DNA from: Bacilli bacterium
Lineage (GTDB): Bacteria; Bacillota_I; Bacilli_A; RF39; UBA660
Direction of reading: 5' to 3'
Length of the DNA: 58,320 nt
Assembly: GCA_017522615.1 (NCBI GenBank)
Contig: JAFWYR010000015.1
Location: 1 to 58,320, forward strand
The stretch's first letter is position 1, and every line of letters starts with the position of its first letter. Under the pieces are notes generated by a model. That model was not told the origin of the DNA. It did no database searches and was given only the letters and a program-made list of their open reading frames with translations. A program made the translations under genes and the position numbers. Shown piece by piece: positions 28,701-37,681 of the stretch.

Positions 28701-29082
28701 TAAGTGAAATATCAATCGTACTATGAGGCGAAATTATTTGATTTTCTTGATAATTATATTCATATTTTATATTATTGTTTTCACTATTGTCATTAACATA
28801 TTTTAATTTGTATTGTGTATCTGTGGTATTTTTTATCGTAAGTTTAAAATTTACATAACCATTTACCTTATGATAAGTTACATCTGTTTTTAAATTATTT
28901 TCTTTAAAATCTAGAATTGTAGCTTCTACATCATCTGATTTTCCATCAATTAAGGCATTAGTTAAAATTAGTGGTGGTTCTTCAGCTAATCCTTTTCCGA
29001 TTCCAAAAATTGAAATACATATACAAATTATTAAAATAATTGAAATTATGTGTTTAAAAAAATGTCTTTTCATTTTTATCAC
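25768..29082 (-). CDS. Large surface protein with InlB B-repeat (Listeria-Bacteroides repeat) domains
   Basis: Signal peptide; several F.T.GG...P.K.GYTF.GWY...LYAKW repeats; C-terminal beta-helix-like region. Confidence 0.82.
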   Translation of the reverse strand: MIKMKRHFFKHIISIILIICICISIFGIGKGLAEEPPLILTNALIDGKSDDVEATILDFKENNLKTDVTYHKVNGYVNFKLTIKNTTDTQYKLKYVNDNSENNNIKYEYNYQENQIISPHSTIDISLKATYISGVTNINDRNQNLEVIISIIAENENGQIIINDINVNPKTNDNIIVYLGLLIISSSGLLIIIKNKKIKKLLVIALLMTPVLTKAVSASLTITLNGSIKLLDKVAINTIVNGEKTTELIDYNTIPQKPATIEIPGYEFENWYVGDEVYNFDAPLTQDIDVIAKYKLLNYDITYNLDGGSALGNPDKYNVETDSFDLINPEKPGYTFTGWTGSNGENLQTRVTIEKGSTGNKTYTAHYSVNPNISYKVIHKYKTLTGTYEEEIENLTGAAGTTVYPAFKPKTGFINPAQKSLTIKGDGTSFIEYEYERETYSLIVTEDVETTFTEPKYPYKTEITLKAKDKEHYDFEKWSNNSTNKTLVFEIVEDTEIYPIYKPKKYTVSFNTHGGVEVDSITKDYNQQIDTLPTTSKTGYTFAGWYTDENYETKVTEPVTVTGNVTYHAKWENYKCVPARTLHKSTCKTNGGCISSGYTNNQTIVFGQKPNSDELSPGFAYDCDVDGDGNFSQETERFYLLRTKGENAVLISHSNFEGEAGQKAENIFVYDEAIEKLPTVDQWKNMPEMSNGKAARFIQYDDLVAACGDKDFTKEGALDSCNFILENTRYVSPTTGRTALWIEKSGDELRRIFSTTRNVLTVTSASKDAARPVIEVPLELIKPYNPNADKYTITFDSVGGTNIDSIQIEDGKTIDIMPIPSKDNYAFAGWYTDTDYSTQITPLIPIDSDMTLYAKWIVDPVAEVDGIHYESMQDAINAVQSTSEPKTIKLIKDISDSLSISAGKNIIFNLQNHTISNSSSTVIENNGTLKITNGTVTCSAGSGAINNNQDATLTIENAKVIATGTRQAIYNDGGTLLISDDAYLESSSNQRATVQNTSKAGGNITITGGTIISKNQHAISNANQLVIGSKDGTYNIQKPVIQGKIYGLTSTVNISIYDGIIKGENAPLEKENKITQIEEGAIIVKGTETIEDIVYNTLYYTLEP

Positions 29083-29202
29083 TTACTTTCTATTATCCCA
29101 TAATAATTTTATCAGTTTAATACTTATCAGTCAAGAACACAAAAATAACATAATTCAAATTTACATATTTTTAACATGTGTTATAATAGATAGGGTGATG
29201 AT

Positions 29203-29652
29203 ATGATTCAAAACGATAAACACTCTTTAAAAGAAAAAATATTTGGCTTTATTTTTATATTTTGGTTTATCGCATCTATTGTAGGGATATTTGTAGTTTC
29301 CTCTTTACATAATATTCCTCTATTGATATTTATTTTTGGACAGTATTTTTATGTTTTTGGTTTAATTAGTATTTATAATACCGGGATAGGAGGTCCTTTT
29401 GTACATTTCTTAGTTGGATATTCTTTAATGGTCGGTATAGTAATATCTAATAAATATGATTTTTTAGTAAGCCAATTTTCTGATTTTTCTTTTAGATTAT
29501 GTTTACCATATATATTGATTTTAGTTTTATCTATAATTAGTTTTATTTTACTTATTATATTTAATTTTAAACTTAATAAAAAGATATATTACTGGCTATT
29601 TTTAGGAGCTAATTTATTATCAGCTATTATATTATTTATTTTATGTTTATAG
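29203..29652 (+). CDS. Hypothetical multi-pass membrane protein
   Basis: 149 aa with about 5 hydrophobic segments; GGGTGAT RBS. Confidence 0.7.
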   Translation: MIQNDKHSLKEKIFGFIFIFWFIASIVGIFVVSSLHNIPLLIFIFGQYFYVFGLISIYNTGIGGPFVHFLVGYSLMVGIVISNKYDFLVSQFSDFSFRLCLPYILILVLSIISFILLIIFNFKLNKKIYYWLFLGANLLSAIILFILCL

Positions 29653-29705
29653 TTTATTTAACTGAAATATTATTTTATAAATAAAAAAACTTAATAAAAA
29701 AGTTT

Positions 29706-30425
29706 TTATTTACCGATTATATCCCAAGAAGTAATAATACCTTTTACTTCTTCTTTTTTTGATCCTGTTTCGGTTACCATTACGCAAGATAGTTTTTTTC
29801 CATCTTTAAACTTTTTTATAAAGTTTTTAATTACTGTATCATAAAGTATATTTTCAGAAACAAATTCGACTATTTCATTGCTTTTTTCAATGTCTATACA
29901 TTTTTTAATATCATTAAAAGTTGTTGTTTCATCTACTATGATTTTTTTATTCTGCATTATATATTGAAATAATGAATTCTCACTGAATATTCCGACTAAT
30001 TTGTTATTTGAATATATTGGAATATGAGTATATGATTTTTCATTCATCTCTCTCATAGTCGGTAATACTTTATCATTTATTTTTTTATAATAAATTTTGG
30101 TAGTTGCTTTTTCTAGTACTTTATATGGATGTTTTGCTTCATATAGTATATCTCTAAATTTTTCTATCGTCTTGTCGGTTACTGTATAATAATCTTTATT
30201 AATGTTATGGCTTTTAAGGTTTCTAATACATCTAGCAAAATTAATAAATTCATATTCTTTGTAATATGGGTTAAATTTTTTATCTCTTAATTTTTTTATA
30301 GCTTTTGATATCTTTTCTTTTTTTTGATAGTAAGTATCTTTGGGGTTTATTTCTATTCTTGCTCTTTTAAGTGTTACTGTTTCAAATTCAATAAATAAGT
30401 TTGTAAGTGTATCGATATTATTCAT
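29706..30425 (-). CDS. CBS-domain protein with an N-terminal HEPN-like domain
   Basis: RNLKSH (RxxxxH) in the N-terminal helical part; CBS pair (YTHIPIY...VGIFSE and VKGIITSWDI). Confidence 0.75.
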   Translation of the reverse strand: MNNIDTLTNLFIEFETVTLKRARIEINPKDTYYQKKEKISKAIKKLRDKKFNPYYKEYEFINFARCIRNLKSHNINKDYYTVTDKTIEKFRDILYEAKHPYKVLEKATTKIYYKKINDKVLPTMREMNEKSYTHIPIYSNNKLVGIFSENSLFQYIMQNKKIIVDETTTFNDIKKCIDIEKSNEIVEFVSENILYDTVIKNFIKKFKDGKKLSCVMVTETGSKKEEVKGIITSWDIIGK

Positions 30426-30702
30426 TTTTATCAATTCCTTTCTTTTTTAATATTTCTTTAAATTCTTCTATACTTTTCATGATGCCATTTTTATCAGCAT
30501 AATAACACATGGTTGCACTTTCGATTATAAACAGTTCTTTCTTTTTAAGACAAACTCCAAATGGATAAGAACTTTCAATCATAGTTTGTCTATCTAATAA
30601 TATGTTATCTTTAAAATTTAAAGATTTCATGTAATTATAAAAGTTTCCTCTTTCAATTACTCCGTAAGCTTTTATAAAATAATCAATTTTCATTTTCATC
30701 AC
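30418..30702 (-). CDS. Hypothetical protein
   Basis: 94-aa ORF overlapping the start of the CBS gene. Confidence 0.65.
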   Translation of the reverse strand: MMKMKIDYFIKAYGVIERGNFYNYMKSLNFKDNILLDRQTMIESSYPFGVCLKKKELFIIESATMCYYADKNGIMKSIEEFKEILKKKGIDKNE

Positions 30703-30947
30703 TTCCGTTTGTTTAGATTATAACACCGAATTTTTAAATAATACATTTTTTTGCACGAAATATTAAGTTTTTTTAAAATTTATTAAAAAAAATCCAAGAT
30801 TTATGATGTGAACCCCAAATAGGAGACATCAAATAAAAAACTCAATTAAAAACCAAGGGCGAACGTAGTGAGTTCATCTAGACCCTTGATTTTTATTATG
30901 TAATTATAATAGTTATTCAAATAAAACTTGTCTTTATTTGTTATTAA

Positions 30948-31718
30948 TTAATTCTTATTATTAACTTTCTTTCCTTTAATTCTAGTTGTATTATAAAATT
31001 CTATCCATTCTTCAACTAGAATTATGTAATTTTGTAAAGATGTGATATTATTATTATACAAAGTTTCCTTTTTAAGGAGAGAGTGCCAACTCTCAATTGG
31101 TGAGTCATCTATTGGAGTACCTTTTCGAGCCATAGAAATGGTTATACCATTAGATTCACAAATTGCTTTGTATTCATTAGATGTATATTGGAAACCTTGA
31201 TCACTGTGAATGATAAGCCCATGTACATCTTTTCTTTTGGCTATTGCTTCATTTAAAGTATCCATAACAAGCTTATTATCGTTTCGCTTAGATATTTTAT
31301 AAGCAATTACTTTTCTATCATATAAATCAATTATTGTTGATAAATAAGCTCTAGAGCCTTTAAATATAAGATAAGTTACATCTGTATCCCAAACCTTATT
31401 TGGTTCATCAGTAGTAAAATTTCTGTTTAATAAATTTGGTTTAACATTCTCTTCAATTCTTTCATTTTTATTTTTCTTTTTTGCTTTTCTAATATATTCA
31501 GCCATCAAATTATATTTTTTCATTATTCTTAAAACCTTCTTTCCATTCATAACTTTTCGATATTTTCTGTTGATACCTTCCACAATTCTACGATAACCAT
31601 ATGTACCTTTAGATTCATCAAATATTTCTTTTATAATTAGATAATCATAATAATCAGGATCTTCTTTATTTCTATATTTATAATAAGTTTTGGGACTTAT
31701 ATTAAGTACGGCACACAT
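30948..31718 (-). CDS. IS3 transposase OrfB (DDE integrase core)
   Basis: YGYRRI, WDTDVTY, HSDQGFQY and IESWHSLLKKE; the frame stays open upstream to the A7 tract. Confidence 0.93.
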   Translation of the reverse strand: MCAVLNISPKTYYKYRNKEDPDYYDYLIIKEIFDESKGTYGYRRIVEGINRKYRKVMNGKKVLRIMKKYNLMAEYIRKAKKKNKNERIEENVKPNLLNRNFTTDEPNKVWDTDVTYLIFKGSRAYLSTIIDLYDRKVIAYKISKRNDNKLVMDTLNEAIAKRKDVHGLIIHSDQGFQYTSNEYKAICESNGITISMARKGTPIDDSPIESWHSLLKKETLYNNNITSLQNYIILVEEWIEFYNTTRIKGKKVNNKN

Positions 31719-31759
31719 GTTATATAACTTATAATCATCTCTATACAGATTAATAAAAG

Positions 31760-32095
31760 TTATTTTCTCTCTCGTTGTGCCTTGAGGAAGGCCTGGTATT
31801 TTTTTAGTATTTCATATCTTTCTTTGTAATCTTCCTTAGTCAAATTTTTTTCTTTAGGGCGCCCACGTTTTTGACCAACACCAAGATATAGTTCTGGGTG
31901 ATTAATTTTTCTAGCCCATGTTTTTATAGTACCTGCCGGTATGTTATATCTTTCGGACAATTCTTTAACATTCTTTTTTATTTTGTATTCTTCTAATATC
32001 TCCTCTTTAATGCTTGCTTGGTTATCATAATTGTTGAACTTTTGACCTTTTGAAGCCATGATAAAACACCTCCTTTCGGAAGTGTATTTTATCAT
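31760..32095 (-). CDS. IS3 transposase OrfA (HTH)
   Basis: ELSERYNIPAGTIKTW HTH, RGRPK and ILKK end. The real start is probably MASKGQ at 32059 (AGGAGG RBS). Confidence 0.88.
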   Translation of the reverse strand: MIKYTSERRCFIMASKGQKFNNYDNQASIKEEILEEYKIKKNVKELSERYNIPAGTIKTWARKINHPELYLGVGQKRGRPKEKNLTKEDYKERYEILKKYQAFLKAQRERK

Positions 32096-32147
32096 ATTTT
32101 TTAAACTGGTTTTTTATTTTGTGTCTACTCTAAAGGGTGCATTCCAT

Positions 32148-33968
32148 TTAATCTCTTGGATTTAATTTATTTTCATATTTTCTTCTTTCCTGAGTATTTA
32201 ATATTTTCTTTCTTAATCTATAGTTTAATGGAGTTACTTCAACTAATTCATCTTCATTAATATAATCTAAACAAACTTCTAAACTCATTTCTCTAGGTCT
32301 TTTTAATACTACTGTGTGGTCTTTATTGGCACTTCTCGTATTAGTTAAATTTTTACCTTTGGTAACATTTACGGCTAAATCATTTTCGTGATTGTTTTCT
32401 CCAACTATCATACCTTCATATACTTCAGTACCAGGTTCGATAAACATTACTCCTCTATCTTCTAAAGATCCTAAGGCATAAGCTGTCGATTTACCATTAT
32501 CTATTGAAACTAATACTCCTTGTTTTCTTTTACCTACAGCATTTGTAGTCATAGGTTCATATGATGAGAATGTATGACTTATTATTCCATATCCTTTAGT
32601 TAAGGTCATGAATTCAGTCATAAATCCTATTAATCCTCTAGATGGTACTATGTAATGAAGTCTGGTTTGATTTTCTCTTGATTCCATATCTTTCATAGTA
32701 CCACCACGTAAACCTAATAGCTCTATAACGCTTCCAACATATTCTTCTGGAACGTCTGCCCTAACATCTTCAAATGGTTCACATAAAGTTCCATCTATTT
32801 CTTTAGTTATTATCTGTGGTTTTGATACTTGAAGTTCATATCCTTCTCTTCGCATATTTTCTATTAATATAGATAGGTGTAGTTCTCCTCTTCCTGATAC
32901 TATCCATGATTCTGAGTCTAATTGTTTAACTTTTAAAGATACATCTCTTTCAGTTTCTTTTAATAGTCTTTCTTCTATTTTTCTTGCGGTTATTAATTTT
33001 CCTTCTCTTCCATTAAATGGTGATGTATTAACACCAAATGTCATTTGAAGAGTTGGCTCATCTATTCTAAGAGTTGGTAGGGCTTCTTCTTTACCTATTT
33101 CACATACTGTCTCACCAACTGATATATCAGGTAGTCCAGCAATTGCGACTATATCTCCTGCATGTGCTTCGTTTACCTCTATTTTGTTTAGTCCTAAGTA
33201 TCCAAATATTTTTTGTACTCTAAACTGTTTAATACTACCATCTAATCTGACACATGATACCATACTATTTAGTTTTAAAGTTCCTCTTTTGACAAGTCCG
33301 ATTCCAATTCTTCCAACATAATCATTATAATCTAATAAGGCTGGTTGGAATTGCAAAGATCCTTCTTCATTTACATTAGGTTCTGGGATTGTGTTTATTA
33401 CAGTATCTAATATTGGATCCATTGTTTCTTTTTGAGTTGATACATCTGGATCTAAACTACATGTTCCAGATATAGCTGATGCGTATATTACTGGAAATTC
33501 TAGTTGTTCTAGTGATGCACCTAATTCGATAAATAGATCCATTACTTCATCGACTACTTCTTTAGGTCTAGCTGAATCTTTATCGACTTTGTTAACTACT
33601 ACTATTGGAGTTACTCCAGCTTCTAATGCTTTTTTAAGGACAAATCTAGTTTGAGGCATGGTTCCCTCGTAAGCGTCGATTATTAATAATACTCCGTCTA
33701 CCATATTCATGATACGTTCTACTTCTCCACCAAAGTCGGCGTGTCCTGGGGTATCTAAGATATTAATTTTGTAATCTTTATAATTGATAGCGGTAGTTTT
33801 AGCGAGTATGGTTATTCCTCTTTCTCTTTCAATATCGTTTGAATCCATAGCTCTAGTTTGAACATTTTCGTTATCTCTAAAAGTTCCAGATTGTTTTAAA
33901 AGTTGATCTACTAGTGTTGTTTTACCATGGTCGACATGGGCAATTATTGCGATATTTCTCTGTTTCAT
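32148..33968 (-). CDS. typA: Translational GTPase TypA/BipA
   Basis: RNIAIIAHVDHGKTT, ERGITILAK, DTPGHADFGGEVER and GRGELHL. Confidence 0.97.
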   Translation of the reverse strand: MKQRNIAIIAHVDHGKTTLVDQLLKQSGTFRDNENVQTRAMDSNDIERERGITILAKTTAINYKDYKINILDTPGHADFGGEVERIMNMVDGVLLIIDAYEGTMPQTRFVLKKALEAGVTPIVVVNKVDKDSARPKEVVDEVMDLFIELGASLEQLEFPVIYASAISGTCSLDPDVSTQKETMDPILDTVINTIPEPNVNEEGSLQFQPALLDYNDYVGRIGIGLVKRGTLKLNSMVSCVRLDGSIKQFRVQKIFGYLGLNKIEVNEAHAGDIVAIAGLPDISVGETVCEIGKEEALPTLRIDEPTLQMTFGVNTSPFNGREGKLITARKIEERLLKETERDVSLKVKQLDSESWIVSGRGELHLSILIENMRREGYELQVSKPQIITKEIDGTLCEPFEDVRADVPEEYVGSVIELLGLRGGTMKDMESRENQTRLHYIVPSRGLIGFMTEFMTLTKGYGIISHTFSSYEPMTTNAVGKRKQGVLVSIDNGKSTAYALGSLEDRGVMFIEPGTEVYEGMIVGENNHENDLAVNVTKGKNLTNTRSANKDHTVVLKRPREMSLEVCLDYINEDELVEVTPLNYRLRKKILNTQERRKYENKLNPRD

Positions 33969-34083
33969 AATACTTCTCTCCCTTTTTTCACTCGTATGAT
34001 TATAACACTTTAAAGGATAAAAGTAAAATTTTTACATTCTTGATATTTGTGATTAAACAATATATAATGATAATGGTGATACT

Positions 34084-34704
34084 ATGAAGAAGTATATGAC
34101 AATAATCACTTTAGTTTTATGTTTGACTATATTTCCTGTACAGGCAGAAAGTGTTAAATTCAGTAAGTGCATCGATGGAGATACTGCTGATTTAAGTATA
34201 GATGGTGAAGTTAAAAAAGTGAGATTTTTAGCTGTTGATACACCGGAGACTAAACATCCTACTAAAGGCGAAGAACCTTATGGTAAGGAAGCTAGTAATT
34301 TTACTTGTGAAGCTCTTAAGGGGGCTAAAAAAATAAAATTAGAATATGAAGATAAAAATAAAGAAGATAAGTATGGTAGAGTTTTAGCTTGGGTATTTAC
34401 TGATGATGAATTATTACAAGCAAGACTTGTTAAAACTGGGCTTGCTAAAGTAGCTTATATATATGATGACTATAAATATACTGATGATCTTAAGGATTTA
34501 GAAAAAAAAGCTAAAAGTGAAAAACTTAGAATTTGGAATGATGATAAAGGTGAGGATATTCAGATTTGGACATTAGCTGCTGCGACTATTGTTGTTATAG
34601 TTATCTGTATATATGATAAGAAGTATAGAAGAAAAACTGTTAATAAAGTAAAAAATAAGATTAAAAAAGAAGCTGATAAAGAGATAAATAAATTATTTAA
34701 ATGA
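34084..34704 (+). CDS. Thermonuclease (SNase) family protein
   Basis: IDGDT, VRFLAVDTPE and DKYGRVLAWV; signal peptide and C-terminal TM. Confidence 0.92.
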   Translation: MKKYMTIITLVLCLTIFPVQAESVKFSKCIDGDTADLSIDGEVKKVRFLAVDTPETKHPTKGEEPYGKEASNFTCEALKGAKKIKLEYEDKNKEDKYGRVLAWVFTDDELLQARLVKTGLAKVAYIYDDYKYTDDLKDLEKKAKSEKLRIWNDDKGEDIQIWTLAAATIVVIVICIYDKKYRRKTVNKVKNKIKKEADKEINKLFK

Positions 34705-35280
34705 GGTCCGTTTGGATCTTATTATTATATATATATTTATAAATCTTATCAGCTGGGTAATTTCCCATACTACAAAAGAACCAATGTATAAATCTCTTAT
34801 AAATGATTCTCTTTTTGTAAAATAATTTGTTTTAGCAATTAGTCTTTGCCTTTTGGTAAGTATTTTTAAAATACTTAAATCATCAAAAGTTATTACCTTA
34901 CATCTTTTTTCTACTTCTGAACAGGTAAACAATTTACATGTTAGATTACTCGTTTTGCAACCATTATTACTTTGATATAAACACCATCTACAACACCCAT
35001 TGATGTTTCCGTCGTTTAATTTTTGCTGAACATAACATTTATTATTTTTAAAACCACATATATTTTTATTGTTATAATGGTTATCTATATTTTTACATGC
35101 AGTATCATATACGTATGTTATTCTCTCTTTTCTTTTTTTTATATTTAAGGCTTTTATTATTTGTTTTATGTTTTCATTATTCGATTCAAAGGTAACTTTT
35201 TTATAAAATAATGACCTATATAGAGGAAGTTTTTTATAAAACTTATATAGGTCTTTTTCATTATCAATTATTATTTTCAT
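34693..35280 (-). CDS. Cysteine-rich hypothetical protein
   Basis: Cluster of about 11 Cys (NICGF...KC...GCCRWC...GC...CKLFTC). Confidence 0.7.
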   Translation of the reverse strand: MKIIIDNEKDLYKFYKKLPLYRSLFYKKVTFESNNENIKQIIKALNIKKRKERITYVYDTACKNIDNHYNNKNICGFKNNKCYVQQKLNDGNINGCCRWCLYQSNNGCKTSNLTCKLFTCSEVEKRCKVITFDDLSILKILTKRQRLIAKTNYFTKRESFIRDLYIGSFVVWEITQLIRFINIYIIIRSKRTSFK

Positions 35281-35717
35281 CTATCTTCTTTAAAATATGT
35301 TCTTAAAAGATAATCCATGGTTATTTTAACATCTGGAAATATAGGTATTCTTTCAAGTTCATTTCTAGTAAACCAACCTACCTCTGTACTTTCATCACTT
35401 ATAACAAGGTCAGCTTCTGGATCATTTGGTGTTGCCGCATAGATTATATCGACAAATCTATCGCCATCTATCTTTCTATTACACTGAATACCTAGAGGTC
35501 TAATTAGGTCATCTTCCCTTGGAAAATGTTCTCCTATTAAAGTTATCTTTAAACCGGTTTCTTCATATACTTCTCTAACTGCAGCTTCTTCAGGGGTTTC
35601 ATCATCTTCAATATGTCCACCTGGCTGAAGCCATTTATCATAATTGGCATGTTTTACTAGTAGTATTTTTTTGTTTTTTGGATTTATTATAAATGCAGAT
35701 GCACAAAAATGTCTCAT
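35277..35717 (-). CDS. NUDIX hydrolase
   Basis: PGGHIEDDETPEEAAVREVYEETG. Confidence 0.92.
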   Translation of the reverse strand: MRHFCASAFIINPKNKKILLVKHANYDKWLQPGGHIEDDETPEEAAVREVYEETGLKITLIGEHFPREDDLIRPLGIQCNRKIDGDRFVDIIYAATPNDPEADLVISDESTEVGWFTRNELERIPIFPDVKITMDYLLRTYFKEDR

Positions 35718-35758
35718 TATATCACCGGTTTTATTGTATCATTTAAAATATAATAAAT

Positions 35759-36478
35759 CTAGTTTAATACGTTATATGTTTTATCTTTGACATTTTTTCC
35801 GTAAACTTTAAAGTTCTCTTCTAAATCGATTGTGGCTAATAATATTTCATTTAATTTATATCCTTTTACTTTTATTTCATGAAGTAGCCAATTTTCATCT
35901 TTATGAACATCTTTTAATGCTCTTTCGATTATTTGTCCATCTATTATTAGATTTACACATAGTCCTTTTCTATTTTGAATTAGTTTTAGATCTTTATTAG
36001 TTGGGTTTTGATTTTCAGGTTTTGGTAGAAAACTTATTTTTCCATTAGCTTCCATTAAAGCAAAATCGATATCAGATATATCAAAATATCCATTTATCCT
36101 TGCTTCCTCTAACAAATCATTAATATCAAATTTAGATTTTTTTAAACTATTATATAATATTTTTCCATCTTTAATTAATATGTTTGGATCTCCAATTATT
36201 AGTTTTCTTAGTCTTAAACTTTTCATGGTTATTAAAGATACTAAGTAAGCTACTAGTCCAAATACGATAACTGCTACTGTTCCATGAAGATATGATGAGT
36301 CTAAATTTATAGCCATTTCAGCTGCGAAGTTTCCAATTGATATTCCGATTACATAATCAAATAAACTAAATTGTGATACTTGTTTTTTTCCTATCATTTT
36401 TGTTACTAAAAAAAGTGTGACTAAAGAAACGATACATCTTAATATGACATCTAATAGATCAACTATTTCTTTTTCCAT
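35759..36478 (-). CDS. DUF421 / YetF-family spore membrane protein
   Basis: GKKQVSQFSLFDYVIGISIG, three TMs, MEANGKIS and LIIDG. Confidence 0.88.
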   Translation of the reverse strand: MEKEIVDLLDVILRCIVSLVTLFLVTKMIGKKQVSQFSLFDYVIGISIGNFAAEMAINLDSSYLHGTVAVIVFGLVAYLVSLITMKSLRLRKLIIGDPNILIKDGKILYNSLKKSKFDINDLLEEARINGYFDISDIDFALMEANGKISFLPKPENQNPTNKDLKLIQNRKGLCVNLIIDGQIIERALKDVHKDENWLLHEIKVKGYKLNEILLATIDLEENFKVYGKNVKDKTYNVLN

Positions 36479-36492
36479 GAAATCACCACTTA

Positions 36493-36522
36493 TATTTTGA
36501 ACATTTATATATGAAAATATTC
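36493..36522 (-). promoter_or_regulatory. Candidate sigmaG-type (forespore) promoter
   Basis: GAATA-18 bp-CAAAATA upstream of the yetF-like gene. Confidence 0.45.
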
Positions 36523-36540
36523 CATTATAAAAGAAGAAAA

Positions 36541-37590
36541 TTACTTTCTTTTCTTCTTTATATTTTTCTTATCTATTACTATATCTGTTTTAGTTACTAA
36601 TATTAATAATAGCACTGTTAGTATACCATATATTATATATCCAAGTTTTGGACTATGTAATACATATATTACAGATGCGGCAGCAAATAAAATATCTACT
36701 CCATAGATTATTAATACTGTAGCTTTATGAGAGAAGTTTTTATTTAATAGTTGATGATGAAGATGAGATTTATCTGGTTTAGATACTTTTTCACCTTTTA
36801 ATAATCTTCTAATAATAGCAAGTACTGTATCTATTATTGGTATTGCGAATATTAGTAATGGTATTAATAATGAAGTGAGTGTTACACTCTTAAATCCTAA
36901 TAAGGCAATTACGGCAATCATTAGTCCCATAAATAATGATCCTGAATCTCCAGCAAATATAGATGCGGGATGAAAATTATGAACTAAGAATCCTAAAACT
37001 GAACCTAACATAATAAATGTTAAAACAAAGTCTAATCCCATTTTCCCCATTATTAGTGATATGAGTCCAATGGTAGCAAAATATATAGCACTTATTCCAG
37101 CAGCTAGTCCATCTAGTCCATCGATTAAATTTATACAGTTTATACATCCTACAATAAAGAATATTGTTAATGGATATGAAAACATTCCAAAGTCTAGATA
37201 CATTCCAAATACTGTTATATCTTGGATTAATAATTTACCATATATGGCAATTATCGATGCGGCAGCTAGCTGTGAGATAAATTTAACCGATGCTTTTAAA
37301 GGTTTTATATCATCTATCGTTCCAATTAAGACGATTATAAAACTTGCGATTAAAATTGAATTCATGGTACTACTTGGTTCTCCAAAAAGCATATAACCAA
37401 ATAAGAAACCTAAGAATATTGCTAGCCCGCCTAATCTTGGCATCGGACTTGAATGAACTTTTCTTTTATTTGGAACATCTAAAGCTCCTACGTGTATGGC
37501 AACTTTTTTAATAAAAGGTACGATACAAGCAACGAATGCGAACGTGGTTATTATCATGAGTATTATTCTTGTAAAAGTATCTTCTCCCAC
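36541..37590 (-). CDS. tagO: Undecaprenyl-phosphate GlcNAc-1-P transferase (TagO/WecA)
   Basis: PRLGG, GTIDD, NLIDGLDGLA, FAGDSG and HLHH. Confidence 0.88.
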   Translation of the reverse strand: MGEDTFTRIILMIITTFAFVACIVPFIKKVAIHVGALDVPNKRKVHSSPMPRLGGLAIFLGFLFGYMLFGEPSSTMNSILIASFIIVLIGTIDDIKPLKASVKFISQLAAASIIAIYGKLLIQDITVFGMYLDFGMFSYPLTIFFIVGCINCINLIDGLDGLAAGISAIYFATIGLISLIMGKMGLDFVLTFIMLGSVLGFLVHNFHPASIFAGDSGSLFMGLMIAVIALLGFKSVTLTSLLIPLLIFAIPIIDTVLAIIRRLLKGEKVSKPDKSHLHHQLLNKNFSHKATVLIIYGVDILFAAASVIYVLHSPKLGYIIYGILTVLLLILVTKTDIVIDKKNIKKKRK

Positions 37591-37681
37591 TTCTCTTCAC
37601 CTCTTGCTTATAATTTTATCATATTTTGAAGAAATTTGCTATTTTATGTGGATTTTCTTAAGTGAATTATAAAAAAACGGT

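Larger units (their letters stand above)
30804..32146 (-). mobile_element. Complete IS3-family insertion sequence (1343 bp)
   Basis: Imperfect IRs TGATGTGAACCCCAAATAGGAGACA and TGGAATGCACCCTTTAGAGTAGACA; TTTA duplicated at 30800-30803 and 32147-32150; orfA and orfB present. Confidence 0.93.
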
